The notes beneath the pieces are model-generated. The model was not told the DNA's origin, made no database searches, and saw only the letters and a program-made list of their open reading frames with translations. From positions 113,353 through 177,352 of the forward strand of contig JAUCBJ010007900.1 of the NCBI GenBank assembly GCA_032718475.1: a stretch of 64,000 nucleotides of DNA, written 5' to 3'. Source of the DNA: Nemertoderma westbladi. Its lineage: Eukaryota; Animalia; Xenacoelomorpha. Made by a program: the position numbers and the translations under genes. Shown piece by piece: positions 1 to 11,877 of this stretch (the stretch's first letter is position 1; the number at the start of each line of letters is the position of its first letter).

Positions 1-1436
1 TACACTTAAATTACCTCTTCAACTTGAGTATATCTAGAGGCTTTTTTCCTGACATTCTAAAATGTGCTAAAGTTTTCCCCATATATAAAGGAGGTGACCC
101 CATGGATACATCTAATTATCGCCCAATCAGCGTCCTTCCCGTATTCAGTAAAATACTAGAGAAAATTATGAATTCTCAACTGCAGTCATACCTAGATAAT
201 TTTTTAATTTTTAACAAAAATCAATTTGGTTTTCGTAAAAAAATTACTACCAGCCACGCGATATTAAATATTGTTGAAAGAATACGCGAAGCACTGGACG
301 ATAATTATAATGCGTGTGTAGTGTTCCTAGACCTTAAGAAGGCTTTTGACTGTCTGGACCACGAAATTTTAATAAATAAAATGAGCGGATACGGAATTAG
401 AGGGATACCGCTAAATTTTTTCAGAGATTATCTCCAAAATAGAGTGCAGTCAGTCTCATTGGGGAATACGTTATCTGATCCCTGTCCTATTGTCTGTGGG
501 GTCCCCCAGGGCAGTATTTTGGGTCCGGTTTTGTTTTTAATTTATATAAATGACCTCCCTAATGCGACTAACTTATATACAACATTATTTGCAGATGACA
601 CTAGCCTCTTAAAATTTTCTAAAGATGCTGGTAGTATTTTTGTAAATGGTTTTAACCTTGAACTCGATAAAATTTCAAAATGGCTACAAGATAATAAGCT
701 ATCAATCAACCTAAAAAAAACAGAATATACAATTTACACAAATAGAACAAATCTAGGCCCCGTGCCACATGTAAAATTTAAAGACAACATACTAAAAGAA
801 GTGAAATCTGTCAAATACCTGGGACTAAATATCGATAATAAATTAAAATGGGACACACATATTTCCTTTCTTCTAAAAAAATTGTCTAGGGTATCTGGTA
901 TATTTTATAAATTACGATATATTTTCCCCCTAAATATCCTTCGTACCTTGTATTTCGCTCTTATCCATCCTTATTTAACCTACGCCATCTCAATTTGGGG
1001 AAGCTGTAACGCTACATTGATGAAAAAGGTCAGAGTTAAAATAAATAAAGTTCTTAGGGCGATAACTTTTAGCCATTTCCGTAGTTCTCTGACCTATTAT
1101 AAGCGACTCAATATACTTCCTGTTGAAGAAATCTACAAACTAGAAATATGTAAACTTATGTACGATGTTTTTTATGTAGATAAAAATAAATATTTATCAG
1201 AAGTTGGTATCTTTTCAACGTATTTTAAAAAAGTAAGCTCAATCCACTCACACAACACCCGTGGCTCTAATGCCGGGTGTTTCTTTATCCCATCAACGAG
1301 ACTACTCATAGCGCAGAATTCCCTCAAATATAAGGGTCCCGTTTTATGGAATAAGTTGCCCCAAAACATTAGAGAAGTCAATAATAAAATCATATTCTCA
1401 AAGTATCTGAAAAAGTACCTCCTGGGGGCCCTATAA
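1..1436 (+). mobile_element. Non-LTR retrotransposon (CR1/L2 group, Crack/Daphne-like) ORF2, RT domain and C-terminus; ORF runs in from beyond the window start
   Basis: Uninterrupted 470-aa ORF with RT motifs NYRPISVLPVFSKILEK, QFGFR, DLKKAFD, GVPQGSILGP, LFADDT, KYLGL, and a C-terminal HSHNTR...KGPVLWNKLP typical of CR1/L2-group LINEs; frame is open from base 3. Confidence 0.93.
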
Positions 1437-1452
1437 ATTAAGTACCAAGTGG

Positions 1453-1950
1453 TTCCTACCCATGCGCGGGGTCACGCTTTCCATCCATTTTTGGTTCTTT
1501 TTATTTTCGGTAAATATGGAATATTCATTACCGAATACGCTGTCCCACCCCTCTTTACTTTATCCTATTTCCGGAAATATAATTTTCCGGAAATATTAAT
1601 TGCAGAGCTACTTGGACCTACACGGGCGCGGGGTCACACTTTCCATCTCTTTATAGTTCTTTTTTATATTTTTAATTTTTTTTATTTTCCGGAAATTTAA
1701 ATTACCAAACACGCTGTGCCACACCACTATATTTTATCATATTTTCCGGAAATATAAATTGCAGAGCCACTTGGACCTACCCGGGCGCGGGGTCACGCTT
1801 TCCAACTCTTTTTAGTTCTTTTTTAATTTTTCCTGAAATATAAATTACCGAACACGCTGTCCCAACCCACTTTTTCTTATCTTATTTCCCGGGAATATAA
1901 ATTGCAAGGCAACCTGGACCTTCCCGGGCGCGGGGTCACGCAGTGCTAGT
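1453..1950 (+). repeat. Degenerate tandem repeat (~143-162 bp period, about 3.2 units) directly after the LINE stop; ends in a small hairpin plus CTAG|T (Helitron-like 3' end)
   Basis: Core (GGA)CCTACCCGGGCGCGGGGTCACGC recurs near 1455, 1614, 1773 and 1916 with homologous AT-rich spacers; the last copy ends CCCG-GGCG-CGGG...GTGCTAGT. Confidence 0.75.
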
Positions 1951-2519
1951 GTTAGGTAATAATTAAATAATATAACGCCCTCTGTATAGCGCAGCTTTCA
2001 ATAATTTAAATAATGTTAATGTTCAGTATGTTAATATCCACTAGCTAATATGCTAATGTATTATCAAACCTCAACTTATTAATTTAAATTATACAAAATT
2101 TTAGAAATGGCAGGCTACCAACTTCCCCCCCCCCCCCCTTCCCCCAACGTCCCATACCGTCCCATTACTAGTGCAAATGAATAAACATATCAGAAAACTC
2201 TAAATTATGAGTACACAATCTTTTGTCACAATTGTGACATCACCCCCCCCCCCCCTCCCTCCCCCACCTCCGGTAGTTAGCGTCTACTAGCTTTGCTATT
2301 AGCTAGCTTACCGTTTCCTCATTCTTACCTATTCCACCCTAACACTCGATCCCTATTCTCAATATTTTACTGAATAAATGAATTGGTGTTGGGTGTTATT
2401 TTGGATAATTTGCTATATTTAAAACAAGGAATTAAATAAATATTATTGATTATTATTATTATTACAGTAACTCATTCGTATTGGCTGAAACATATCCAAT
2501 AGAAATACAATATATCTTA

Positions 2520-5500
2520 CTGCAATTATGCGACACTTCGACTAATGACAAATTCCCTATACAATAGGGAATTTTAGGTCGATATACTATATCCCTTTCT
2601 CATAATCTCTGTAAATTAGTTAACATATCTACAGACTGTTTAAAAATAGCTAGGGTAGTTCCTGTTTATAAAGGTGGCAGCCCTTTGGACACAAACAACT
2701 ACATATAGGCTTTGCTTTATTGGCTGTTTTTAGTAAGGATTTTCGAACGTGTCATTTATAGGCTACTCAAATTATAGGATACATTGAACCAGGGGCGGAT
2801 CCAGAGGTCACCGAGCCGGGGGGGCATAAATCAGGGGCGAGCAAAATTCCAAAAATATGCTCCATAAGTTGACTTGTCCGGTGGAGAGGGGGGGGGGTGG
2901 TGGGGGGGGGGGGGGGAGACTGAACGCAATAAAAAAATACCCATTGTGTATCAAGTACGACTAACTTCTCGGATAGGACAAAGTTTTGACTAGCCCAATA
3001 CTGCAATATCTGGATGAAGAAGCGTCGGAATGATGAAGCCCTTTCTCTTACCAAGGGTGGCGCTGGGTGAGGTGGTCGATACTGAATATCTTCCATGATT
3101 GTGTTCAGATTAGAATTAATACCTTCATTTCCACATCTTCAACAATATCTATTTCAGATGCAGGTGAAAAGAAATCAGTTACTTTCCTCTTTTTCGCTGG
3201 ATTTGATGGATCCATAACACAGTAACAGCCGTGCCGTACCACAGCATGCAATGCAGATATGTGCAATAAAACTTTTAGACTACTATTGTAATTTTAAAAA
3301 ATGTTTGAATAAATATTTGAACGCAAACTGTAGTTTATAATTTACACACACAATTGGGAATACTACAGTACTATTCTGTAGTAATGATACAGCACCCTTG
3401 CATAATATTATATTGGCCTAAATTTATATTAGAGCTGTATAGCACCATTTGATGTTAAGTTCCTTGACCTGTTGACCAATCATCTTCGAGCTATCTTCTG
3501 ATTACTCATGGCATTAAACCTGTCTGACTGCAGTACACATTACTACCTGCATAGTTCCTTGTGACCAGGCCAGCCCAGTGCCAGGAGGCCACGGCCTCCT
3601 GTGTGTGGGTTAGTTGGCTGTCTAATTTCTTGGGAAGACTTTAGTAAATTTCGGGGAATTCCATTCCACAGCAGATAATTGGTTTTACATGCTGGGGCGG
3701 CCTAAGCTAAGAGCCATTACACATGCTATTGTATACCTTTACTTTGTTAGTGGTCTGTCGCTGTCGGAATACAAGGCACCCCAAGCTAATATACAGCAAA
3801 TAGCACAGAGCCCACTGACTCCTGTACTCCCTATGACATAATTAGTTGTGACTCGAATCAATTACTTCTCCTTACAAGAGAGCAATGTATTTCCCATTTG
3901 TGGCCAGCCAGAAGGCCACAACTGATATAATACTGCCAAGGGATATTTTCATATTACCCCCCACCCCCCCCCCCCCCCCATCCCCAAGGATCTTGGCCCT
4001 AGCTCTTAGCCAGCCAGGTTACAATGCGAAGCTTTCAGTTTAGAAAAATGCCTTTGTTTCAGAAAATTTGGAATGTGGATCTTTAATATTTTTATTATTT
4101 ATTTTTTCACTTCAAATGGAAGGGGTTTTTCAGTATGCTTTCTCATTTTCCTAGGGGGTGGCTATAGCCACATGGCCACCACCCTCGGTACGCTAGTGCT
4201 TACAGTCATAGTTCAAAAATTGCCGGGGGGGCATGTGCCCCCCCGTGCCCCCCTCTGGATCCGCCCCTGTGAACGATATAATATTCCCACCAATCAACAA
4301 TATGGATTCCGGGAAAATCGTACTACTCTAGCCTCGGGTTCCTCTGCATGTGTAGTATACATAGACATGAAGAAAGCATTCGACACGTTAGACCAACAAG
4401 TGTTTATTAAAAAATTAAGTTGTTACGGTATGAGCGGGCTTCCACTTAATCTTGTAACTAACTATCTCCACAATCGTAAACAATTCGTTACTATAGGAAA
4501 CCAAAAATCAAGTAGCATGGATATCACCTGCGGTATCCCCCAGGGTAGTCTATTAGGCCCGCTGCTATTTCAATTATATATTAATGACCTACCTAGTGCA
4601 GTATATGTATTTACCACCTTATTTGCCGACGATACGTCCTTGTTACACAGTTCTAAAAATATTCATATTCTTTTAACCACAATTAATTTAAATCTAAGTA
4701 ATTTAAGCGATTGGCTTATTGATAACAGATTGTCCTTGAATATAACAAAAACTGAATGTTGTATATTTACTAATAATAAATCTGTAGAAAATGATATAAT
4801 TCCTTACCTAAAGTCAAAATTAGAGATACACAAATTAAATTAGTTAACACTGCGAAATACCTGGGAATTTATATTGATAATAAATTAAATTGGAAGTCCC
4901 ATACAAATATCATATTAAAGAAAATCTCTAAAACCTCAGGCATATTATATAAAATTAGGCAGATTTTTCCCCTCCATATCCTACGTATCATTTACTTTGC
5001 TTTAATACACCCATATTTACAGTACGGTTTGATATTATGGGGGAAATAATCGAGCTCAGTTATAAAACCACTAAAGGTCAAAGTAAATAAATTATGAGAA
5101 CCATTACGTTCAGTAACTATCGGGCCTCGGCTGGACCTACTTATAAACACTTAAAAATTCTCCCCATCGATAAACTATACACTCTTGAAGTAGCAAAACT
5201 AATGTACGCCATGCACATTGGTGATCGAACACAAGTTCATCTTTTCCTCTCAAAGATCTACAGTATTTAAAAGTCCCACATATATTCAGACTCATCGTAC
5301 ACGTTCTGCTACCTCAGGTGGATTCTTTATTCTTCGTTACAATCTAATTGTAGGACAAAATTCAATATCATATCAAGGCCCGATAGTCTGGAATTCCATA
5401 AGCCAGGATATTCGTAAGCTGCCCAATAAAAAACTATTCATAAAAGCACTAAAAAAGCAGTTTATCAGGAGGTATGTTAAAAATTCACTAGGATATTATT

Positions 5501-5560
5501 AATGTTGATGTTATGTTAACATTAACATTAATACTGATTGGATTTTTTTTTATTAATGTT
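2520..5560 (+). mobile_element. Degenerate second CR1/L2-group LINE ORF2, split by a DNA transposon at 2790-4269
   Basis: DCLKIARVVPVYKGGSPLDTNNY at ~2633-2700; removing the insertion rejoins IGYIE/RYNIPTNQQYGFR; then DMKKAFD, GIPQGSLLGP, LFADDT, KYLG and QGPIVWNSI (to 5502), with frameshifts and stops; outer boundaries approximate. Confidence 0.85.
2790..4269 (-). mobile_element. Non-autonomous TIR DNA transposon, hAT-like, with 5-bp TSD
   Basis: Perfect 18-bp TIR CAGGGGCGGATCCAGAGG (2790-2807 / 4252-4269); TSD TGAAC at 2785-2789 and 4270-4274; minus-strand remnant MDPSNPAKKRKVTDFF... and ...SFRRFFIQ...WVFFYC resembles a decayed TTF-zinc-finger transposase N-terminus (family assignment is inference). 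Confidence 0.8.
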
Positions 5561-5712
5561 AAAATTGTTGATAGGGTCACGCTGAGTTCCAATGGGGTTC
5601 TGCTTGAGTCCCAATGGGGTTCTCGGATTTGATTGAGTCCCATAGGGGTTCTGCCTTGTTTTACATCCAGGGCGCGGGGACACGCTGAGTCCCATATGGG
5701 TTCTGCCTTGTT

Positions 5713-7654
5713 CTACAGGGTATTGCCTGATAACTTTATAGAAGTAAAAGTGTCTGAGTCTGTACTCCCAGATATTCCCATTGGCAATATCTCCTTTGAA
5801 TGGGAGAATCTTTTAGGCTCGTTAAGCCAAGGAATGCCTGTTCACCGCCATGGGTGATCTTCCACAGGAAACCCTTCCACTCTGTTTCCCAAGTTGCCTT
5901 GGTTCCCATTTATCGACCACTGAAGGATGAAAGCCGGGGTTGGGCTAGGCTGCAGCATTTAAAGCACTGTGCCCAAACAGTGCTGCCCCATCTAGGGATC
6001 GAACCCGGGCTCCCTAATCGGAAGCACAGTAATGTCACCACTAGACCAGGCGGCTGCGATATCTCCTTTGCAGACGTGAAGGCTGCTGCAAAGAGCATTA
6101 AGACCAATCGTGCCAGTGGAGTAAATGGTGTTCCCCCTGAGGTCTTTAAAATACCTGAGTGTTTAAAGCTCATCTATCCCATCATAGTAGACATGTACCG
6201 AACAACAAGAGTCCCACAAGAAATGAAAACAAATGAGTTGGTGCCAGTTCCCAAGAAGGGCAACCTAACACTCTATGGTTCTTTTCGGAGAATCTCATTG
6301 ATCTCGATTGCTGCAAAGCTATACAATAGGATTCTATTAAATCGCATCAGGGATCCCATTGAGAGACTGCTCCGTGGAAATCAGAATGGGTTCCGTAAAG
6401 GTCGTGGGACCATGGAGCCCATTTTGGCACTTAGAAGGATAATTGAAGAATTATCAAAAAAGAAAGACAGGCATCTGGCTGTTATCTTTGTTGACTTCTT
6501 CAAGGCCTTTGATTCAGTCTCTCGCTCACGTATGTTCAGCATACTTTCATTATATGGGATTCCTGATGAAATTAGTGCAGCAATCAGATCAGTATACGAT
6601 GGTTCGACAACATTTGTGTATACTGTTGACGGTGACACAGAACCATTTGAAGTGTTATGGGGCGTCCTCCAAGGAGACACACTTGCACCATTCGTGTTCA
6701 TTATTGTGGTTGACTATGTTCTACGCATGTCCTTAGATTATCATAATGATGATGGGGTAATGATAACTCCACCTACTGGCTCCAGAAGTCGAGGAAATCC
6801 TGCCAAGTACCTAACTGATCTAGACTTTGCTGATGACTTAGGAGTACTCTCAGAATCATTAGAGGGAGCCCAACGGCTCCTCAGCTCATTAGAACATGCT
6901 GCTTCTAGTGTTGGTCTTTTTATTAACTCCAGAAAGAAACAAATTTTGACAGTTAACTTTGAAAGTCCTCAGCAAGTCTCTGATCGGATGAGCATAAGCT
7001 CAAAGGATGGTATGCTTGAGCATGTGGACGACTTCTGTTACCTGGGATCATGGATCCGGAAGTCAGGTGAGGACCTTCGAATACGTAAGGGAAAGGCATG
7101 GGCAGCCTTGAATAGGCTTTCCAGGATTTGGAAGTCACCGAGAATTAATCGGAAACTTAAGGTCCGATTATTTAGAGCAGCAGTAGTTCCAGTACTCCTC
7201 TACGGGAGTCCATGCTGGGCTCTAACTGCTGAGGACACCAAATCTCTGGATGGCACATTCACAAGAATGCTACGCCGGTTCATTGTGTCAAGTACAATGC
7301 ACACATCTCCAACCAGACACTATATAACATTGGAGGTGTCTCATTGGTTCCCCCAAGCTTGACACTAGAACAAAATCGCCTCCGTTTTGCCGGACATTGC
7401 TTTCGCCGTGAGGACCAGCCAGTGCATAATCTTGTACTTTGGCAGCCTCATGGAGTGAATAAGCATGGTTGACAGCCCATGACTTTCTTGAGACGCATCT
7501 TAAAGGACACTGGCCTTGAAGATGCGGATGATCTAGCAAATGTCATGGGTGGTAGGGAGTTGTGGCGGTGCAATTTTGTTGACAAGCTGGCACAGCATTC
7601 TTAAAAATGCAGCTGCAATGCAGCATGCCGATCCTAGTAGTAGTAGTAGTAGTA
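5713..7654 (+). mobile_element. 5'-truncated RTE-clade LINE (copy 1) with (TAG)n tail; carries a SINE insertion, a frameshift and a stop
   Basis: RT motifs PKKGNL..YGSFRRISL, QNGFRKGR, DFFKAFDS, GVLQGDTLAP, LDFADD, FCYLGS, VLLYGS; ends CAGCATGCCGATCC(TAG)n; one G missing near 7277 and GGA>TGA near 7470 relative to copy 2; flanked by GAGTCCCATA.GGGTTCTGCCTTGTT (5687-5712 / 7655-7680). Confidence 0.92.
5799..6058 (-). mobile_element. tRNA-derived SINE (260 bp) inserted antisense into RTE copy 1
   Basis: Minus strand begins GCAGCCGCC TGGTCTAGTGG (Pol III A box) ... GGGTTCGATCCC (B box); central CTTTCATCCTTCAGTGGTCGATAAATG; 12-bp TSD ATATCTCCTTTG at 5787-5798 and 6059-6070; removal restores the RTE peptide PIGNISF/ADVKAAAK. 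Confidence 0.88.
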
Positions 7655-9015
7655 GAGTCCCATAGGGGTTCTGCCTTGTTTTACATCCCGGGCGCGGCGT
7701 CACGCTGAGTCCCATAGGGGTTCTGCCTTGTTTTACATCCTGGGCTAGGCGTCACACTGAGTCCCATAGGGGTTCTGCCTTGTTTTACATCCCGGGCGCG
7801 GGGACACACTGAGTCCTATAGGGGTTCTGCCTTGTTTTACATCCCGGGCTAGGGATCACACTGAGTCCCATAGGGGTTCTGCCTTGTTTTACATCCCGTG
7901 CGTGGGGTCACACTGAGTCCCATAGGGGTTCTGCCTTGTTTTACATCAAGGGCGCGGGGACACACTGAGTCCTATAGGGGTTCTGCCTTGTTTTACATCC
8001 CGTGCGTGGGGTCACACTGAGTCCCATAGGGGTTCTGCCTTGTTTTACATCCCGGGCGCGGGGACACGCTGAGTCCCATAGGGGTTCTGCCTTGTTTTAC
8101 ATCCTGGGCTAGGCGTCACACTGAGTCCCATAGGGGTTCTGCCTTGTTTTACATCCCGGGCGCGGGGACACACTGAGTCCTATAGGGGTTCTGCCTTGTT
8201 TTACATCCCGGGCGTAGGGGTCACACTGAGTCCCATAGGGGTTCTGCCTTGTTTTACATCCCGGGCGCGGGGACACACTGAGTCCTATAGGGGTTCTGCC
8301 TTGTTTTACATCCCGGGCGCGGGGACACACTGAGTCCTATAGGGGTTCTGCCTTGTTTTACATCCCGGGCTAGGGATCACACTGAGTCCCATAGGGGTTC
8401 TGCCTTGTTTTACATCCCGTGCGCGGGGTCACAGCTGAGTCCCATAGGGGTTCTGCCTTGTTTTACATCCCGGGCGCGGGGTTAAGCTGAGTCCAAAATA
8501 GGATCTGTTTTTAAAAAATACCAGATAAAAATATTCCACATAAAATTATTTAAAATAATCATTCTCTCAACTTTAACCATCATCACTTGGATCATATCTG
8601 TGACGCTCAATTAATAACTTTCTATATAATCAAAATTAGTCTATCCCTCTTTAACTTGAAAGCAGTTAATATTTATCACTAGAGTTCTAATTATTCCTCC
8701 GCATGTTATACAGAAAATACTACTTTATATAATGTAAATGCGTTTTTATTAATATTCATATTACAGTACCATGTTACATTGCGTTATTTTATATGCGCAA
8801 GTATATGCGCATGGTGACTGCGATCCACTAGCTAGGGTAGCTTTCGAGTTGTTCTACACGCTACACGCGGTCTCCAGTCCTCAGAGAACAGTATATATTA
8901 TTCAAAATTACTTTGTTCTTAATTATTTATCTTTGTAATATTAGGTCAATATATTTAAAGTGCAATAATTTAATTGTTATAGATGAGGAAAATAGAAATT
9001 ATTATAAGTTATCAG

Positions 9016-9256
9016 TTATCCTCGCCGCACATTATCTGCGGCGAGGTGAGGTGACCAGCACCCCTAACTGCCTAATTAAAAATAGTAAAAACCATTTTTA
9101 AATCAAAAATATTTATTTGTACTTCAAGAGGTTGCAGGTCAGCATCAGCAGGTGCAGCTTCAAGAAACCTAACTCTCAATGTAACTAACTGCTTTGGCCT
9201 AACACACAGCGCGAAAAAAGGCGGCAGGTGAAATATCGGTGGATCCGTTCAAATTA
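9016..9256. repeat. Perfect 10-bp hairpin, possibly the left end of a decayed Helentron/DINE-like element
   Basis: CCTCGCCGCA-cattatc-TGCGGCGAGG at ~9020-9046; weak partner GGCGGCAGG at 9221. Confidence 0.35.
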
Positions 9257-9291
9257 ATCAATACTTCCTACAGTAGCAGGAAGGGTTAGGA

Positions 9292-9387
9292 AGCGACAGT
9301 CAGACAGTAGGCCTACATCTCAGAGCGACAGTCAGACAGTAGGCCTACATCTCAGAGCGACAGTCAGACAGTAGGCCTACATCTCAG
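9292..9387 (+). repeat. 32-bp tandem repeat x3
   Basis: AGCGACAGTCAGACAGTAGGCCTACATCTCAG three times. Confidence 0.9.
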
Positions 9388-11045
9388 ACAGTTGTTAATG
9401 CAAATGTGTTCTTTGCGAGTTTAGCTTACTTATTTTGCTCAATTTAAGTTTAAGGTTCCATTTTTATTGATAAGGTTAATTGCGTCATATTCTATATTTC
9501 TTAATTAACTCAAAACCATTAATTGTAATATTGACGCCATCTAGTGTCGTTATATACATAGTCAGTTTAGCTTGAATGCCTTATTTGTGATGTATAGGTG
9601 GCGCTACTGCACATTCTTTTAGGGGTATAAAGCCTCAGGTTTAATGCATTTCCGGCACTCTTGCTATTACCTTTTGACATTAATTGTTTGGTGGAGTCAT
9701 ACTTATCCATGAAAGGGTAAAAACCCCGGTCAACTTTAATTGACTGGGATTATTACTTTATATTTATCTGTTCCTATTGTCTATAATTATACATTTGGTT
9801 ATAATTATTTGATATAATATTTGATATCGTACCGGTAAATTAAATTTATTTGTTGTTGTTATTTGGTTACTATAATATCGCTGATACCCCGGGATTAAAG
9901 ACATTTTCTAGGCACCAAACCCAGGTAGGTCTCTATAGCTAAGCATTATTGATAACCTGGACAATTGTGTCAGATTTATGTGTGTTGTCTTATCTCTAAC
10001 TCAATAAATAATTAATCTATGGTGATATTTCTGACCTGTAATGCAAGTGAAGCTCTTAATATTAATACCATCATGATTGAGAGTTGTCATAAATTGAATA
10101 CCGTAGCTATAATAATATAAACAGATACATAATAGTTGCAATACGTTTCCCCTAAAGGGAAACACAATCGCCCGACTTGAGCCCTTACGTAAATAATTAG
10201 TCAGACATTTACTTATTGTATTGTGCCGCCACTGCCACACCCTCGCTGTACTGTATATTAGTGGAATATAATAGATGATCAATTACCGTTATAGACTGAG
10301 CGAAACATTGAGCAAATCAATACAATTGTGGGGAAGAGGGAATAAAAGTGATTCACTAGAACGGCCTTCCATTGAAGGTACACTAGCGCCATTACCGTTT
10401 CAGTGTCTCAGACTGGGTTTTTTACTTTCATTCTTGTGTGCTCTACAAAACAATCGGAAAGAGTCAAAATATATAAAATAGAGGTTAAAAATGTATTTTT
10501 TGTCAAATGCGCTAACAACAGTAGTCCAGGCGGAATAGGCCTACAGTAGGACTAGTTAGTTTTTCAATATCTGTTGCTTTCATGAAATGTTTTCTATATT
10601 TCTTGTGTTTATAAATTATGTAGTCCCTTTCGTTATGACCTTTTGAAGTCCTTCTTTATCAGGTGGCGTTATTTAGTTTCTATGTATCATTTTATTATTT
10701 GTTTACTTTGTGTTACTATAACAACAAATTTCATTATTTTATAACTACTTTATAGGTCTATATTATTAGGTATTTTATATTATCACTTTATATAATACCG
10801 TAGGCCTACTTTTTATTACTATCAGGTACTTGTATAACAGTATTATGTTAATACTTTATATTATTTATAACGATTGCCGACCGAATATTTCTCACTCCAG
10901 AAGCCCTGATATGGGCTCTTCATTTATTAAATAGATTAAGTAACAATCCTGAAAATTAAACATAGAACAGATTAAATAGTGTGACTCTCTAGTGCTGTTG
11001 AGAATTATGTGTCAGTTTTCTAGTCTCTCTTCGCTCAGACGAGAC

Positions 11046-11270
11046 TAGGGGGAAACTAGACGCAAATCCCATCACGGCGAATGAATATCCCGCCTTAATG
11101 TTATATTTTCAATTTTTGGAAAGGAGCAGTATTCAGTGGGACGTTATTATAACCAAAACAATAAACTAAAGTCAATAGTACAGATTACAGTTTAATTTTT
11201 GTGAAAGGTCAGTTGTTATTTGCGTCGAATTTCCCTAGGAATTAATTTTTATTCCGTCGAAGGTCCATGA
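11046..11270 (+). repeat. Dispersed ~230-bp MITE-like repeat, copy A
   Basis: Colinear with 13750-14010 (GGGGAAACT.GACGCAAA...TATCCCGCCT.AATG...AACCAAAACAATAAACTAA...TTATTTGCGTCGAATTTCCC). Confidence 0.75.
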
Positions 11271-11279
11271 GTTGCGGGA

Positions 11280-11860
11280 CAACCTACATCTCTTCCTTGA
11301 TCAATGCAACCTGACATCTTTAAATGGATGGTGTTTTACTCAGAACTTTAGTTAGCGCAGTTTGAACGAGGGTATCGCTTGTAACAACAGTCTGTTTTTA
11401 ACCAGCGCATTTTTCGCTCTAAAGGCAATATCGCATAGTCCGCAGAATCCGGTTACGGAAACGTAATGCATTACCTTGGATTGCGATCATATATATAATC
11501 AACCTTTGAGTATGTCTTCAAACAATGTACGGTAGTTCAAGTTGGCGAGTCATAAACTCCAACTGACTCTGTTCTCTTGAATTCCCAGAGTCAACGACCT
11601 TCAAAATAAGTTCGTGGGCCTTCTGGATGTACCCAATAGCGTTTCGGGGATCTGTGTCTCTTTTTACCGTTGCCACACAACTTCTGTTAATTGCGACCAA
11701 TGGAACAGTTGGTTATTTGGTCCCAGACAGTGACGCAACGACAGACGAGCACCAGCGGAATTGTCTACGGAAACATTAGTATCGGAACATATTAGTGCCT
11801 TCAAGCACACCACAGACGGATGTATTTTTCTCAAAGAAAACAAGAGTAACAACAACTCAA
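11280..11860 (-). pseudogene. Probable P-element/THAP-type transposase remnant
   Basis: Frameshifted peptides ...LGPNNQLFHWSQLTEVV / ...SQLEFMTRQLEL resemble, from memory only, the WSQL...L.FL.EQL region upstream of invertebrate P-type transposase cores. Confidence 0.35.
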
Positions 11861-11877
11861 GGGATTTCCGTTTTTGT

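Larger units (their letters stand above)
5573..8494 (+). repeat. 52-bp tandem satellite (GAGTCCCATAGGGGTTCTGCCTTGTTTTACATCCCGGGCGCGGGGACACACT), interrupted by an RTE insertion
   Basis: Partial units at 5573-5712, then ~16 units at 7655-8494 (period 7655 to 7707 = 52). Confidence 0.95.

Noticed and set aside
4073-4843. 256-aa ORF as an intact gene
   Set aside because: Chance fusion of the TIR element's end with a degenerate LINE RT fragment.
8983-9045. Possible upstream exon (TAG|ATGAGG...GAG|GTGAGG, 21 codons, phase-compatible with 15287)
   Set aside because: It overlaps a transposon-like hairpin and has no independent support; left out of the model but not excluded.
9534-9606. CTCF-like motifs (CGCCATCTAGTG, TAGGTGGCGC)
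   Set aside because: Short partial matches with no supporting context.
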